Assembly (NCBI GenBank): GCA_043228905.1 | Contig: JBHGNT010000012.1 | Location: 4,092,001-4,156,000, forward strand | Direction of reading: 5' to 3' | Length of the DNA stretch: 64,000 bases | DNA from: Azolla caroliniana | Taxonomy: Eukaryota > Plantae > Polypodiophyta | Shown here: positions 38,101-51,055 of the stretch, one piece after another | Position numbering within the stretch: position 1 is the stretch's first letter | Layout: the number at the start of each line of letters is the position of its first letter | Made by a program: the position numbers and the translations under genes | The notes under the pieces: generated by a model | The model's input: only the letters and a program-made list of their open reading frames with translations | Told to the model about the DNA's origin: nothing | Database searches by the model: none

Positions 38101-39497
38101 ACATGGGAAAAGGCTTAGGAGCTATGGACAAAATTTAACCACCACATTTATGTTTCAAAACAATTGCACCGAAAGAAGTATGTCATACATATTTAACTTG
38201 TATGGATTGATTCTAACAAATTTATTTTTCCTTTGTTGATGTCTGTTGTTTTTTACAGGTAAGCATTATTACTGGCTCCTTTCTTTTGATCAATAACTCT
38301 GTGGTAAGTGAAAATGAGAGAGATGTCTGTTGTTGTTTTTTACACGCAAGCATTATTACTGGCTCCTTTCTTTTGATCAATAACTCTCTGGTAAGTGAGA
38401 ATGTTCAAGACACATGGCATTTTTTGCATTTGCATAAACAAATTGACTTGAAGTTGATAATAGTGAAAACAACATAGGAGATGCATGATGCATCTCGTTT
38501 TTCATCCTATGGCACTAGAAAAACATAGATAGAGATGATGATATCAATGTTGATGGTGGTGACATTTCATCAAAAACATGATGAATGTGGCCCAAAAAGA
38601 GCAAATATGTATATATATGTAATGGGAGTTTTTGTTTACTATTTGTTAAGTTTTTACCCCTTTTGACTGAAGGTGACAAGCAAGAGAGGGGTTGCTAATG
38701 GTATCTCAATGACATTTATGTCACTCTTCAAAGCTGCTGGTCCTGCTTCAGCTGGAGCAATGTGAGTTAATTTGCTTTTTTTACTTTGTTTCTACTATTT
38801 GTCCATCCATCACTCCTTCCAAACTCCACTTGCATTGAATCCATAATCACTTCCAAGGTTTTTCTTTATTCACACGAATGCCTTTGAGTTTTTCTTTATT
38901 TCCCCAAATTCCTTTGGTCAACAATTCCCAAATGCGAGAAAAATTGACCAAAGATTTGGTCGAGTAAGCATATATAAATTAAGAAGTGCGATTGTTGGAC
39001 TATAGCTTGCAAGAGCTTGGACATAATGGCCCAAACAACATTCATTTAGACCCGCAACATGCATTTAAGGTTTCATGGAATTTATTAAATTGTCTAAAGA
39101 AACATTGATGAAAAATTTGCAGATTTTCATGGGCGGAAACTCGAATGGATGCTTCATTTCTCCCAGGTGAAAGAATATTGGGTTCTTGACCAGGCCATTT
39201 ACTTTGATTATGAAATATTTACCCAATAAGTCTCTATAGAGCTCATATAACTAACCATATGCCCTTTATTGGTTGTTTATTCATTGTGATGGTGTGTTTT
39301 CTTTTTCATATTTGCTAGGCATGTGGATGGTGTTTACTGTGCTCGCTATTCCCGCGTTTATAGCATTCATAATGTCTTTTGATCCTATCCTACCGAGTTC
39401 ATTAAATAAACCCATTCCTGAAGCCACAATTTCGGAAGCTGAGGAAATAAAAAATCAAGAGTTGTTACGACGTAAATCCTCATTCTCGTACGAGTAG
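32135..39497 (+). CDS. ZIFL: Zinc-induced-facilitator-like (ZIF1/ZIFL/TOM family) MFS transporter, 17 exons, ~519 aa
   Basis: GT-AG exons 32135-32285, 33168-33208, 33316-33376, 33785-33887, 33977-34079, 34176-34229, 34326-34388, 34672-34721, 34826-34901, 35214-35432, 35627-35714, 35903-35988, 36394-36501, 38259-38303, 38673-38761, 39123-39166, 39319-39497 sum to 1560 nt, in frame. Family motifs: [21 protein letters not shown] motif [56 protein letters not shown]. Confidence 0.95.
36582..36762. repeat. 65-bp tandem repeat x3 in ZIFL intron 13
   Basis: GCATGTAGAGG at 36586, 36651 and 36716. Confidence 0.9.
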
Positions 39498-40138
39498 AAC
39501 TGAATCTCGTCCATAGAATCAACTAGATGTAGCCACTGTAGAGAGAACAAGGTTGCTTGTTTATTTATTTGACATCTAGAAGATACCCATAAATTATAAT
39601 TCCTTTTGTAAATTGTATAACATTTTATATAAATGGTGCAGATCACTCGATTGTTACTTGATTCTTGATATAGTGTGTCTCTTTGGGTGAAACTAGATTC
39701 TAATACTATTTTGAAACTAGTTTTGATTGTCAATGACTCCTTCGAGGGTGTCAAGGCAATGTAAAACTGATATCAAAATAATTAATTAATAACAAATGCA
39801 TGTGATTGTTTATATTGTTGTTGTGTTTGAGGGCCGTGATATATGGATCACCACTAGCCCATTCATCATGATTTTGGTCCAACTTATACATTCTCTCACA
39901 AAAGAATTTTCATATGAACGATTAAGAATGCCCCCAACAGGCTAAGGTTCAACATTTTTTTTTTATCACAATGGGTCTTACAACATTCATTCTATTTGGG
40001 AGTTGTTGAACGTCGCGTAACCAAACGTTGAGCACAATTATTGGCCAACACTTGTCTTAATTTGTTACTCCATTAATTATGGCTAAGATTTGGTTTATTT
40101 AACATTTTACTAATATACTTGAGACTAAGAGGTGCTAA

Positions 40139-40951
40139 TAGGGATCGACAACGGTTCAGTTTAGGCCTAGCCGGTTCCTAAATTGTTTACGGGATCTCAA
40201 ACTTGAGCCGAACCGAGCCGAGCAGGTTCACAAACCGGTTTAGGCTAAACTGGTTTGGTAAACGGCTTGTAAACCGGTTTAGAAACCTCCCTCTCTCTCT
40301 CTCTCAGATGATCCACTATATACTATAATACTATATACTATATATACTATACATTGTACAAGCTCTCCCTCCCACTCTCTCTCACGTCTATGGTCTCGAC
40401 TCTCTCCCTCTCCCCTCTGTGTAGTCTCTCTTTTTTTTTATCGTAATTACCTTACCCTAGTGGTAAGTTGTTAGCACTACAAGCATTGCGTTCTGGGTTC
40501 GAAACCCAACTTCTTCACCCCTCTATTATATACTTCTTATATATCTCTTAATTCACTAGATGCCACTGTGGAATGTAGGGGTTGAACCCATGACCACCTG
40601 GTCTCCATTGGGCAACCTTACCAACTGAGCTACATCCATCTGTGTAGTCTCTCTCTCTCTCTCTCTCCTCATCTTTGTAATCTCTCTCTCTCTCCCCCCT
40701 TTGTGTAGTCTCTCTCTCTCTCTCTCTTTCCCCTTGTCTGTTGTCTCTCTCCCCCTCTCTCTAAAGTTTATAAACGGCTTATACGGCTTATACGGCTTGA
40801 GCCGGTTTGGCGAGGCTATAGCCAACCCAAGCCAAGCTCAAACCGTTAAGGCTAAACCGAGCCAAACCTAAATCGAGCTGAGCCGCCGAGCCGTTTTTAA
40901 GCCGGCTAAGCCAAACGGTTTAGGCTTGAGCCAAGCCGTTGCCGATCCCTA
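40139..40951. mobile_element. Non-autonomous hAT (Ac/Ds-like) MITE
   Basis: TIRs TAGGGATCGACAACGG / CCGTTGCCGATCCCTA; perfect 8-bp TSD GGTGCTAA (40131-40138, 40952-40959); subterminal AACCG/AGCCG/AAACGG repeats at both ends. Confidence 0.93.
40570..40638 (-). ncRNA. tRNA-derived (SINE-head-like) Pol III module, not a canonical tRNA
   Basis: A box TAGCTCAGTTGG (40632-40621) and B box GGTTCAACCCC (40588-40578) at tRNA-like spacing; no convincing anticodon arm. Confidence 0.55.
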
Positions 40952-41164
40952 GGTGCTAACACATGAGATAGACCATATGTTAGGTTCCAAGCAAAAACCT
41001 AAAAGACTCTTGCACATAAGGAAGACCAAGTTTTCCGAAACTTTTGTATAAAACTTCAAGCATCACAAATCCAACAACTCATGATATTTGATAGGGAGCC
41101 ATTTTGAATATCGTGGATGGAGCTGAAGTATACAAGCAAAAAAGCCTCATTAAAAAAAAAACAA

Positions 41165-41640
41165 GAGCCTTTTGCTCATTATTTCCCCAAATGAACCTAG
41201 GCATTCCACTATTTGCCCGAAAGATGCCGCGAAGGAGCATATAATGTCTTCAGACAAAGCTATTCGAGCATCCATAGGTGTTGTCTCTCCCCTTTGCAAA
41301 CCCGAACAGCCCGAAGGCAAAAAGTTGGTTACCCGAGTAGCCCAAAGGCTTCAGTTTGTTTGCCCGAACAGTCCAAAGGTTTTAGTTTGGTCGAATGGCC
41401 CTAAAGGCTTCATTTTGCTCGCCCGAATGGCATGTTATTTTCCCATAAAAAGCGTGGTCGATTCGTGTGTCGAGCAAGGGTGTGATTTGTGAACCATTTG
41501 TGTATTCTATTTGGGCAGAGTGTGAAGAGTTGGTTGGGTTGAAGGCAGTGCTATTTTTAGGAAGCATGGATTGAGACAGGGGCATTTTGGGAAATAATCA
41601 AAACGCAAGGGAATTTGGGGAAATTATAGAAAGATCCTCA
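41165..41640. mobile_element. Possible Mutator-like MITE remnant
   Basis: Imperfect inverted ends ...TTATTTCCCCAAAT (~41179-41191) vs ATTTGGGGAAATTATA (~41613-41628); no TSD found. Confidence 0.4.
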
Positions 41641-42019
41641 TCTCATCAAAGCGTGCTGTTTTATCTTCTTCGTAACAGTAGCCCTAATTTGAGTTCTACC
41701 TCCCTTCTCAAACCCTAATCCCTTCCAGAAAACCCGCCTTCCCGTCATCACCAAACGCTAAATCCTGAAGCTTCTTCTTCTGCAAGAAAACCCTGATGGT
41801 TTCCATGTTTGGCTTGTTCTTGAAGGATTCTCTTTCAAGGGAACCCTAATTCCTCAATCTCTTCCTCCTCCTCCTCCTCCTCCTTCAATCCTGAAGCTCG
41901 CTATCTATGGTTTTTTTTTTCTGCTGGGAATTCTCTTTCAATGGATTCCTAATTCCTAAAGTTCCTCCGCTTTCTGCTTCTTTTAGAGAACTTGAAGCTC
42001 GCCATGCATGGCTTGTTCT

Positions 42020-45000
42020 TGAAGGATGGATACCTTAATTTGAACCTTCTTCTTCTACCCTAATTTCTGAATCTTTCCATGTCTTCTTCGTCTTCTTCTC
42101 GACCTCCTGATATCTTCTCCATGTGAGAATTGCATCATTTCTTGGCTTCTTCTGTTTCCTTTTTTCCAACATCCGGACCACTTCTCAATTATCAGGAACC
42201 ATATTTTCATGCCTTTGTTTTCCTTCCATCCTTTACCATCTTCATATTTTCTTCCATATTCAGCATCCGTCTATTCTCCTCCCCACTTCTCCTTTCGCCG
42301 GCTCTGTGTGGCATCACTGGTAGCGTTCATGGATTCTTCTTCCTCTTCTTCATTGTTGTAGAAGATGATGTTTGGAAAATGGACCTATTCAAGCGATATG
42401 TCAAGTGCATCCATGGCGTGATTCATTATACTCGTCATGAGTTTCTTCAACACAGTAAAGTTTCTTCTTCTCCTTTCGCTTTCATGGAAGATTGTGATAA
42501 TGTATTTTTTCTTCTTCAAGACAAGCCATGTTTATTCATTTTCTTCCATATTTCTTTCTGAAATTGAAACAGATGAAAACCATTTAGGGAAGAGAAAGAG
42601 AAGAAGCAGAGTGTAACATTCTTTGATTTTGAAAGAAGAAAGATTGTACAGAAAAAACTTCTTCCATGCTTTTTGTCTAAATGTTTCTCGGATGAAAAGT
42701 TTCAACAATGCAGAAGACCAACTTGAAGAAGAGTTTTGCGTGCGCTTGGAAGCTAAACAAAGATTACCTTATAGCGATGGATGGAAGGATGGCTTAATTT
42801 GAACCTTCTTCTTCTACTCTAATTTCTGAATCTTTCCATGTCTCCTCCTCCTCCTCCTTCTTGTTCTTCTTCTCCTCCTCCGGATATCTTCTCCATGTCA
42901 GAATGCATCATTTCTTGGCTTCTGCTGCTTCCATTCTTTACCATCTTCATATTTTGTTCCATATTCAGCATCCGTCTATTCTCCTCCCCACAGCTCTGTG
43001 TGGCATAACTGGATGCATACTTCTTCTTCGTCTTCATTGTTGTAGAAAATGAAGTTTGGAAAATGAACCTATTCAAGCCATATGCCAAGTGCATCCATGG
43101 CGTGATTCATTATACTCGTCACGAGTTTCTTCAACACAGTAAAGTTTCTTCTTCTCCTTTCTCTTTCATGGAAGATTGTGAGAATGTATTTTTTCTTCTT
43201 CAAGACAAGCCATGTTTATTCATTTTCTTCCATATTTCTTTCTGAAATTGAAACAGATGAAAACCATTTAGGGAAGAGAAAGAGAAGAAGGAGACAGTAA
43301 CATTCTTTGACTTAAAAAGAAGAAAGATTGTACAGAAAACCTTCTTCCAAGCTTTTGTCAATATGTTTCTCGGATGGAAAGTTTCAACAATGCAGAAGAC
43401 CAAATCCAAGAAGACGAAGATGATCATGAAAGAGCTAATTAATGAAGAAGAAGATTGACATGAAAATGAAGTAAAAGACATCTAGGGGAAGGTATTCGAA
43501 GAAAACCAGTTTCATTGACACAAAACAAGCTTCACAAGCCATATATTTGTGTTCAGAAAAAGGTAGAATGATTGCTGATGACTGAACCGCTTAGAGAACG
43601 ACAAGAAGAAGAAAGATTGTACAGAAAAATTTCTTCCAAGCTTTTGTCAATATGTTTCGAGGGTGAAAAGCTTCATGGATGAAGAAGACCAAATCCAAGA
43701 AGAGGAAGATGATCATGAAAGAGCTATCAGTGAAGAACAAGCTTGAAATGAAAATGAAGTAAAAGACATCCAGGGGAATATATTTAAAGAAAATCAGTTT
43801 CATTAACACAACAAGCTTCACAAGCCAATCTATATGTTCAGAAAAAGGTATAAGGATTGCTGATGAATGGACCGCTTAGAGAACAACAAGAAGAAGAAAG
43901 ATTGTATGTATTTTATCCTAAAATATCTCTGCCTAAATTTTTTCTCCTATAAATAAGATATGGATTTGTCGAGGTGAAGGAAGATTCAGAGATATTGAGG
44001 AATCTTCAATCAATGCCTCATATAACTAAGCCATGGTAAAAACTTAATAGATTAAAGTCTCCATTTTATCTTATGATCCGAAGGTTAATCAATGGCTTTG
44101 TTTTGGATCTCCATAAGCTTGTTCTTTGTGTTTTTTCCCCTGTCCGCAGGTAATGAATCAGTGGCTGATCAAAATTCTTTCTGTGGCTCTGTTGACAGCT
44201 TTGCTGATTTCATCACTCTTCCCATTCATATACTTCATGGTAATTACAGGAGGTAGAATAGTTTTTGTAGATAAAAGTCTAAGTTTGAAATCATATTCCT
44301 ACATTGGTAGCAAATGCACTATGGTCTGCAATATTTTGTTAAATAGGTGAGAGATCTAGGAATAGTAAAAGACATCCAGGGGAAGATATTCAAAGAAAAT
44401 CAGTTTCATTACACAAAACAAGCTTCACAAGCCATATCTCTGTGTTCAGAAAAAGGTAGAATGATTGCTGATGACTGGACCGCTTAGAGAACAAGAAGAT
44501 GAAGAAAGATTGTACAGAAAAACTTCCCTCAAGCTTTTGTCAAACTGTTTCTGAGATGAAAAGCTTCATGGATAAAGAAGACCAAATTGAAGAAGATGAA
44601 GATGATGATGAAAGAGCTAATTAGTGAAGAAGAAGATCGACATGAAAATGAAGCAAAAGACATCCAAGGGAAGATATTCAAGGAATAACAGTTCCGTTAA
44701 CATAAAACAAGCTTCATAAGCCATATCTTTGTGTTTAAGCAAAGGTAGAATGGTTGTTGATGACTGGACCGCTTAGAGAACAAGAGGAAGAAAAATTGTA
44801 CAGAAAAACTTCTTCCAAGCTTTTGTCAAACTGTTTCTGGGATGAAAAGCTTCATGGATAAACCAGACCAAATTGAAGATGACGAAGATGATCTTGAAAG
44901 AGCTATCAGTGAAGAAGAAGATCAACATGAAAACGAAGTAAAAGACATCCAGGGGAAGATATTTAAAGAAAATCAGTATCCATTAACACAAAACAAGCTT

Positions 45001-45120
45001 CACAAGCCATATCTTTGTGTTGAAGAAAAGGTAGAATGGTTGTTGATGACATGCTTTTGTCAACATGTTTCTCGGATGAAAATTTTCATGGATGAAGAAG
45101 ACCAATTTGAAGAAGAAGAA
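42020..45120. repeat. Complex repeat array: ~700-bp duplication followed by ~285-bp GAA-rich tandem units
   Basis: 42025-42720 resembles 42785-43400; AAGATTGTACAGAAAA...CCGCTTAGAGAAC units recur from ~43320, ~43610, ~44505 and ~44790. Confidence 0.85.
43905..44364 (+). pseudogene. Fragment of ZIFL gene (end of intron 1, exon 2, intron 2, start of exon 3)
   Basis: Colinear with ~32868-33333; includes ACAG|CTTTGCTGATTTCATCACTCTTCCCATTCATATACTTCATG|GT and AG|GTGAGAGATCTAGG. Confidence 0.92.
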
Positions 45121-46199
45121 GAGAGCTCTGTCCACTACAGCAATAAGGTACCACATGGGGCTGAGAACCTACTAGGCCCGCAGGATGCGGACATGGGAGA
45201 CACTCCCCATCAATGTCCAATAGTTAGAATTAGAGTCTCGTAACTTTGGAGTTAACATATGGGAAACAACTCACTCATATTGCATGTGTGCCCTTCAGTC
45301 ATTGGAATCTACAAAGTTTATTATGGCAGATGGGAGGAAAATAGAACCACAATGAGGCACACATATGGGAATAGACAGAGTAGTGATGTGAGATCGCATT
45401 TGAAGTTTAGTGTCCGGTTTTGTTCTTTAAGCCTTCTTACTTGGTTCGTTTTCCAAACATGTTTCTATAATGTTTGGTTCGTTTTGAAGCCTGTTTGAAG
45501 GGCATCGTGGAGGTTTGTTTCTTGGTTTGAAGGGTCACAAACAAGTTTGGTGTGGTGTTTTCTTTCACTTCAGCCTTTGATACGAACTCAAATATTATGA
45601 GAGGAAGTGCATTGATGAAAGTAGATGGGTGTGAGGATGAGCATCAAAAGTTGAAGAAAGCAGAAATATAATGATGGTATGGAACATGAGAAGATATCTT
45701 ATGTGGCTATCGTTTATGGGGTAGATGTCCAAACAAAGTCTCTCGATTCAGATACTCAATGTCATATTATTAATATGTTAGTGTTGATGCTACTGTCATG
45801 ATTTGGGGTGCTCATGTGAAGAAAAGCATCAAAGTTTAGGTTTATGAAAGGTTGAAGGTTAGGATGAAGGCATGATTGAAAGGATATGTGATAGGATGAG
45901 GTTCAAGACAAAAACAATTATAACTCAATTGGCAAGAACTTACTCTCATTCTTGGATTGAAACGGTCAAGGGTTGGAATCTTTGAAAGGTGGAATTCAAT
46001 GGGTCAAGTGGAGGCAATGTGAATGGATGGACATGATATCGGAGGCCCGTACAAACTAGGTACAAAGAAAAACCGTGAGGAACAAAGTAGTGTGTAAGTT
46101 ATTATTAGAAGATGTCATATGTTGATACTGGTGTGTGGGGAAGATAGTGGCAAAAATGTAATAGTTAAATGCCAATGAAGCTACCAAGCTCTTCAAGCG

Positions 46200-47310
46200 A
46201 CTAGGTGTAAAACTTAACTTCGCCATGATCTATGGAGTAAAAAAGTTTTGACATTTCTTGTTGGCTTGCCATCTTTGCTTCTACGTTGACCATCAAATCT
46301 TGTTATTATCTCCACAATAAGACCAATGCTAAGATGGATCGTCACCCTCTTGGAGTTCAATTTTAAGCTCATGTACGAGAAGGCGAAGATCGCATCCTTG
46401 CCAACCATTTCTCAAGATTGCCAAGCAGCGAAGAGGCTAGAAGGATCGAAGACAAATTGCTTGATGTCGCCTTCTTCACTATCAACATTGTGGCGATTTG
46501 GGCATATGGCATTGTTCAAGTACTAACCGAAGGGACACTATATTGAAAACAACTAAGTCATGCAAATGCCTCAGTACTCCTACAGAAATAAGGCTTATAC
46601 ATCGAGCGGCCTGTCGTTTTAGGATCGGTGCTAAACTAGCTAATGCATGATCACATCTAAAAAAGGCACCACAAAAGAGACCCCCAGCGTAAACCCAATC
46701 AATACAAGCGACGACCTGACCAAGAACACTATATAAGAAAGCAATTACATCGCACACTTACCATCATGAACGTAAATAATGGTGGATGCTACAAAGGAAG
46801 CTTAACTGAAGACAGAGAAATACTCGTAGTGGTAATGAAGCTCGTAAATTCACAATTTTGGACCAATATCCATGGGATATTTGCCAATGAAAAACACAAA
46901 GATCAAGCCACCTTGTGGTGTGTTTGCAAAATATTATCAAAAGCACAAGGTTGCATAACGGTGCCGCACAATTCTAACTGCTTACGCAAAGTCAGTCAGG
47001 AAAATTGTTCTCCCCTTGATGACATGAATTGACAAAGAGCACAACAAAAGCAAAGCAAAATGACACCATGCAACACTAGGTTAAGAAGACCAATGTGTGC
47101 ACACAACACAACGGCAACCCAAAATTAGCCAAGGATAGTTGTGCCTTTATCCACCAAGCATATGTAGGTTTGGTTAACCAAATTATTCCCAATGTCAAGA
47201 GTCAATCAAAGATGGATCTCCATACTTAACATGGCAACGCAAGGAACAACCTTGAGAAACCATATCAGTAAAACTCCTCATTTGTCACCAAGAGCATACG
47301 TAAAAACTTT
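46200..47310 (-). mobile_element. Highly degenerate L1-type LINE remnant
   Basis: Minus-strand peptide YWSKIVNLRASLPLRVFL resembles the zf-RVT lead-in motif; boundaries uncertain. Confidence 0.45.
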
Positions 47311-47317
47311 AGCAAAA

Positions 47318-47853
47318 TGTTGGGAAACAGGTCCCTCCGGATGGGAAGAGCACGAGCCGAATAGGAGGCATTTGATAGGTAACTCAATTGAGGCTAAAAA
47401 ATCAATTGACCCATAAATCTATAACGCCGAATCGGCCGAATCCGATTGGGCTATTAGTAAATAGCTTAGATGTGCCCATTATGGCTATGTCTGTAAATAG
47501 CCCATATTGTATATGAGTATAAATATAATTAGGGCAAGTAGTTAAAGAAGGATGATCATTGTTGAAAAGTTATTGTAAGTAGTTGCCTTTGTAACTGGAG
47601 TATGTGTGTGAGTTAGTAGAAACTCTGTTGTAACCGTCTGTTTGACAAAGACGAGCTCAAGGTTGTTGCATGCGAGTCTCATTGTATCGTCTCATACATA
47701 GTGTAATAGTTCGGAGTCTGTGGGCTCCCGTGGTTTTTCCCTTTAAGGGTTTTCCATGTAAAATACTGTGTCCTCTTGTTTGTATATTCATTTTCAATTA
47801 TTTCATTTCCACTTGTGAGTGATAATCGGTTGTGGCCGATCCCATATCCCACA
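47318..47853 (+). mobile_element. Solo LTR related to the Copia at 51585-57025
   Basis: Begins TGTTGGGAAACAGGTCCCTCCGGATGGGAAG (cf. 56334); shares GTGGTTTTTCCC and CGGTTGTGGCCGA near the end; ends ...CCCACA; near-TSD CAAAA/GAAAA. Confidence 0.75.
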
Positions 47854-47859
47854 GAAAAT

Positions 47860-48108
47860 GCATATGAGATATATTTTATACAAAGTCTTACAAAAATATT
47901 CTATAGAGTACACGTTACACACATATATTATTATATGCACAATTATATACAAATACATATGTATATACATACCAATAACCAAACACAAAAAATATATATA
48001 AATAAGTCAATTACATATTATATATATGTATACACAATGCACATACACATTAATATGTAAGATTACGTAATATATGTATTACAAATATACATACATACAA
48101 ACAAGTCC

Positions 48109-48142
<34 letters not shown>

Positions 48143-48795
48143 TAAATAAGTTCTATACTATATATCATATAATCCATACATATTACACAATATACAAATT
48201 TACATACATATACATACATAGATATAGTACATATGTACATACGTATTCCACATATAATCATATATATAGGTTATACATGAGCATACAAACTACGTTACTT
48301 ACATATATATACATAGATATATACAAATTAGTTTATACGTGCATATTACAAACATTCATCCATATACGAGCTATACACATACTGGACATGAAAATATCCT
48401 GAAAATATATACACATAAATGCATTATGTATAGACACATACATACATTCATACATGTACATACATATCACCATATACACACATATGCTCATACTCACTAC
48501 GATAGTATATATATACATACACATGCACACATTAGATATATATATAAAGATTATGCAAATATTATACACACGCATCCATTCACATTGAATCATGTACATA
48601 GATGAATACGCAAACAAACGTACGTACATACATACGTTACATATGTACATACATATTCTACACATCCCCCTTTATATCGGTCATACAAACTACAATACCA
48701 TACACACACATTAGATATATGTATACTTATAGATACATTGGATATATGCATACATATTATGTGTATATTGCAAACATACATCCCAATATGAGCCA
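47860..48795. repeat. Degenerate (TA)/(CA)/(TACA) low-complexity tract, continuing at 51349-51584 and 57026-57150
   Basis: Directly visible; serves as the landing site of two Copia elements. Confidence 0.85.
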
Positions 48796-48853
48796 TGTAA
48801 AGAATCAAGAGATGGATTCTTGTGAAGCGGAAGAGATGTGAGTTGTGTGTGTG

Positions 48854-48916
<63 letters not shown>

Positions 48917-51001
48917 CAGAGAATAAACAAGGTAAAAGTATATTGACAAAGGAGAAAGACTCAACATTATACAAGGTGGGAGGAGGGTGCTTTTATGTAG
49001 TCACCCTCTCTCTTCATTAACTACAAGGCTCATGGAGCATGGGGAATGTGAAAGCTCATAAGTTATGTGTCATAGAATATGATTCTATGACTCATACTAA
49101 ATGCTAGAATACAAAGTGGTGACATAATGGTGACTCTTGACCGTTGGAGTGTCTCTTCACTCTCAAGGTGAGTTCACACACTAGACCAAGTTGAGCTTGA
49201 TTCTCAACACGCCCCCTCAAGCTCAAGTCGGGTCGGTTTCAGACTATATCCGAAATCCGCTTCAACTCGCGTTCTGGAGTCCGCGTCAACTCGTGTCGAC
49301 TCGCATGTATGCGGAGTTGCGGAATCCGTGCTCCAGCTTGCGTTGTGCGTAGTTACGAAGTCAGTGCTTCGGCTTGCGTCTTTCTTTTGCAGAATCTACG
49401 CGTTATTGCGTAGTGTCTTCAGTACTCCCCCTCAAGCTTGGCAAGTCAGGGATCGTCAATTCGAGATCGGTCATGAATTGCCATAGCTTGTCGGCTCCTA
49501 AGGCCTTAGTGAAGATGTCGGCCGTTTGAAGATTGGTGCTAATGTGTTGTAGGTCGACATCGCTAGCCAGGACACGCTCTCGGATGAAGTGATAGTGCAC
49601 TTCGATGTGCTTTGTTCGCGCGTGGAACACTGTGTTCCGAGCTAGATAGATACTGCTCATGTTGTCGCAGTAAAGGGGAGTCGGATCCTTGATGGGTACG
49701 CCCAGATCCTTCAAAATCCTCTTGAGCCATACGGCTTCACACGCAGCTACGGCTGCGCCCCTGTATTCCGCCTCCGTACTCGAAAGAGCGACGATAGGCT
49801 GCTTCTTGCTACTCCAGGATATTGCTCCGCTGCCAAGGGAGAAAACAAATCCGGAGGTTGATCTTCTATGGGCTTTGTAGCCAGCCCAATTGGCATCGGT
49901 GTACCCCTCGAGTCGTATTGGCATCGCAGTCTTGTAGAGGATGCCGCAATCCATTGTGCCACTCACGTATTGTAGAACTCGCTTAGCGCAATCCAAGTGA
50001 GTATCACGCGGTGTTTGCATGAATTGGCTAAGGAGGCCGACCGGATAACTGAGATCGGGTTGTGTGATCGTGAGGTAGATGAGACTCCCGATGAGTTGCC
50101 GATACTGAGTCGGCTCACACGCTTTGGTGCCGGAGTTCGCATCTAGTTTGAGATTACGATCGAGCGGGGTTGCCACGGATTTGCACTCAGCCATCCCGAA
50201 CTTGTATAACAAGTTGAGAATATAGTGCTGTTGAGAGATTATGATTCCGGCCGGAGTCCGAATTACCTCGATGCCGAGGAAGTAGTGGAGCTCCTTCATG
50301 TCCGTCATCTCGAACTTGTCGGAAAGGAGGGATTTGACCTTAGTGATTTCGACGAGATGCTCACCTCCAATGAGTAGGTCATCCACATATAAGATGATGA
50401 TGATCGGACTTGCGGAATTGCTTCGTATGTAGAGGGAGTTGTCCGATTTTGACATATGGAAGCCGATTTGATGAAGATATTGCGTTATCTTCAAATGCCA
50501 AGCACGCGGTGCTTGCTTGAGGCCGTAGAGTGGCTTCGTGAGTCGGCAAATCGAGCATGTGGTCGTGAACACATGTCGCCAAACAATACATCACGCGGCT
50601 TGCGGCTTGCTCCCATGTTGCGTATCCTGGAGCCGCTTCGGCGGGTCGGTCTTCATGCGCTCCTTTGATGTAGCTCCAATAGCCTTGTCCGACAAGGTAT
50701 TGGTGCATCTTGTACTCCCAAAATGCGAAGTTGTTTCGATCCAACTTCTTAGTAGGGAGAGCGCTCCCCATTTGAGTATTCATTATGTCGATTCTTCTTC
50801 TTCTTCTTCTCTCTTCGAATGTGAGCTATGTAGCGAAGCTACAATAGCGATGAGCCGGTTCTTGGTCGTCGGCGTGGAGCACAACACACGATCACGATGG
50901 GGCGAATGGGCTAGATCGAGCTACCAAATCGCTCTGACACCATGTAAAGAATACAGAGATGGATTCTTGTGAAGCGGAAGAGATGTGAGTTGTGTGTGTG
51001 T

Positions 51002-51055
<54 letters not shown>

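Noticed and set aside
36780-38200. Possible TE inside the long ZIFL intron 13
   Set aside because: No TIR, LTR, TSD or protein motif identified by eye.
40453-40638. Functional tRNA genes
   Set aside because: A/B boxes are present but no canonical cloverleaf or anticodon arm could be built; they lie inside a MITE.
44842-45243. Acidic 133-aa ORF
   Set aside because: One unit of a tandem array; sister units carry stops and frameshifts.
47776-48974. Many Y/I/H/M/C-rich ORFs (also 31831-32185)
   Set aside because: Translations of TA/CA microsatellites.
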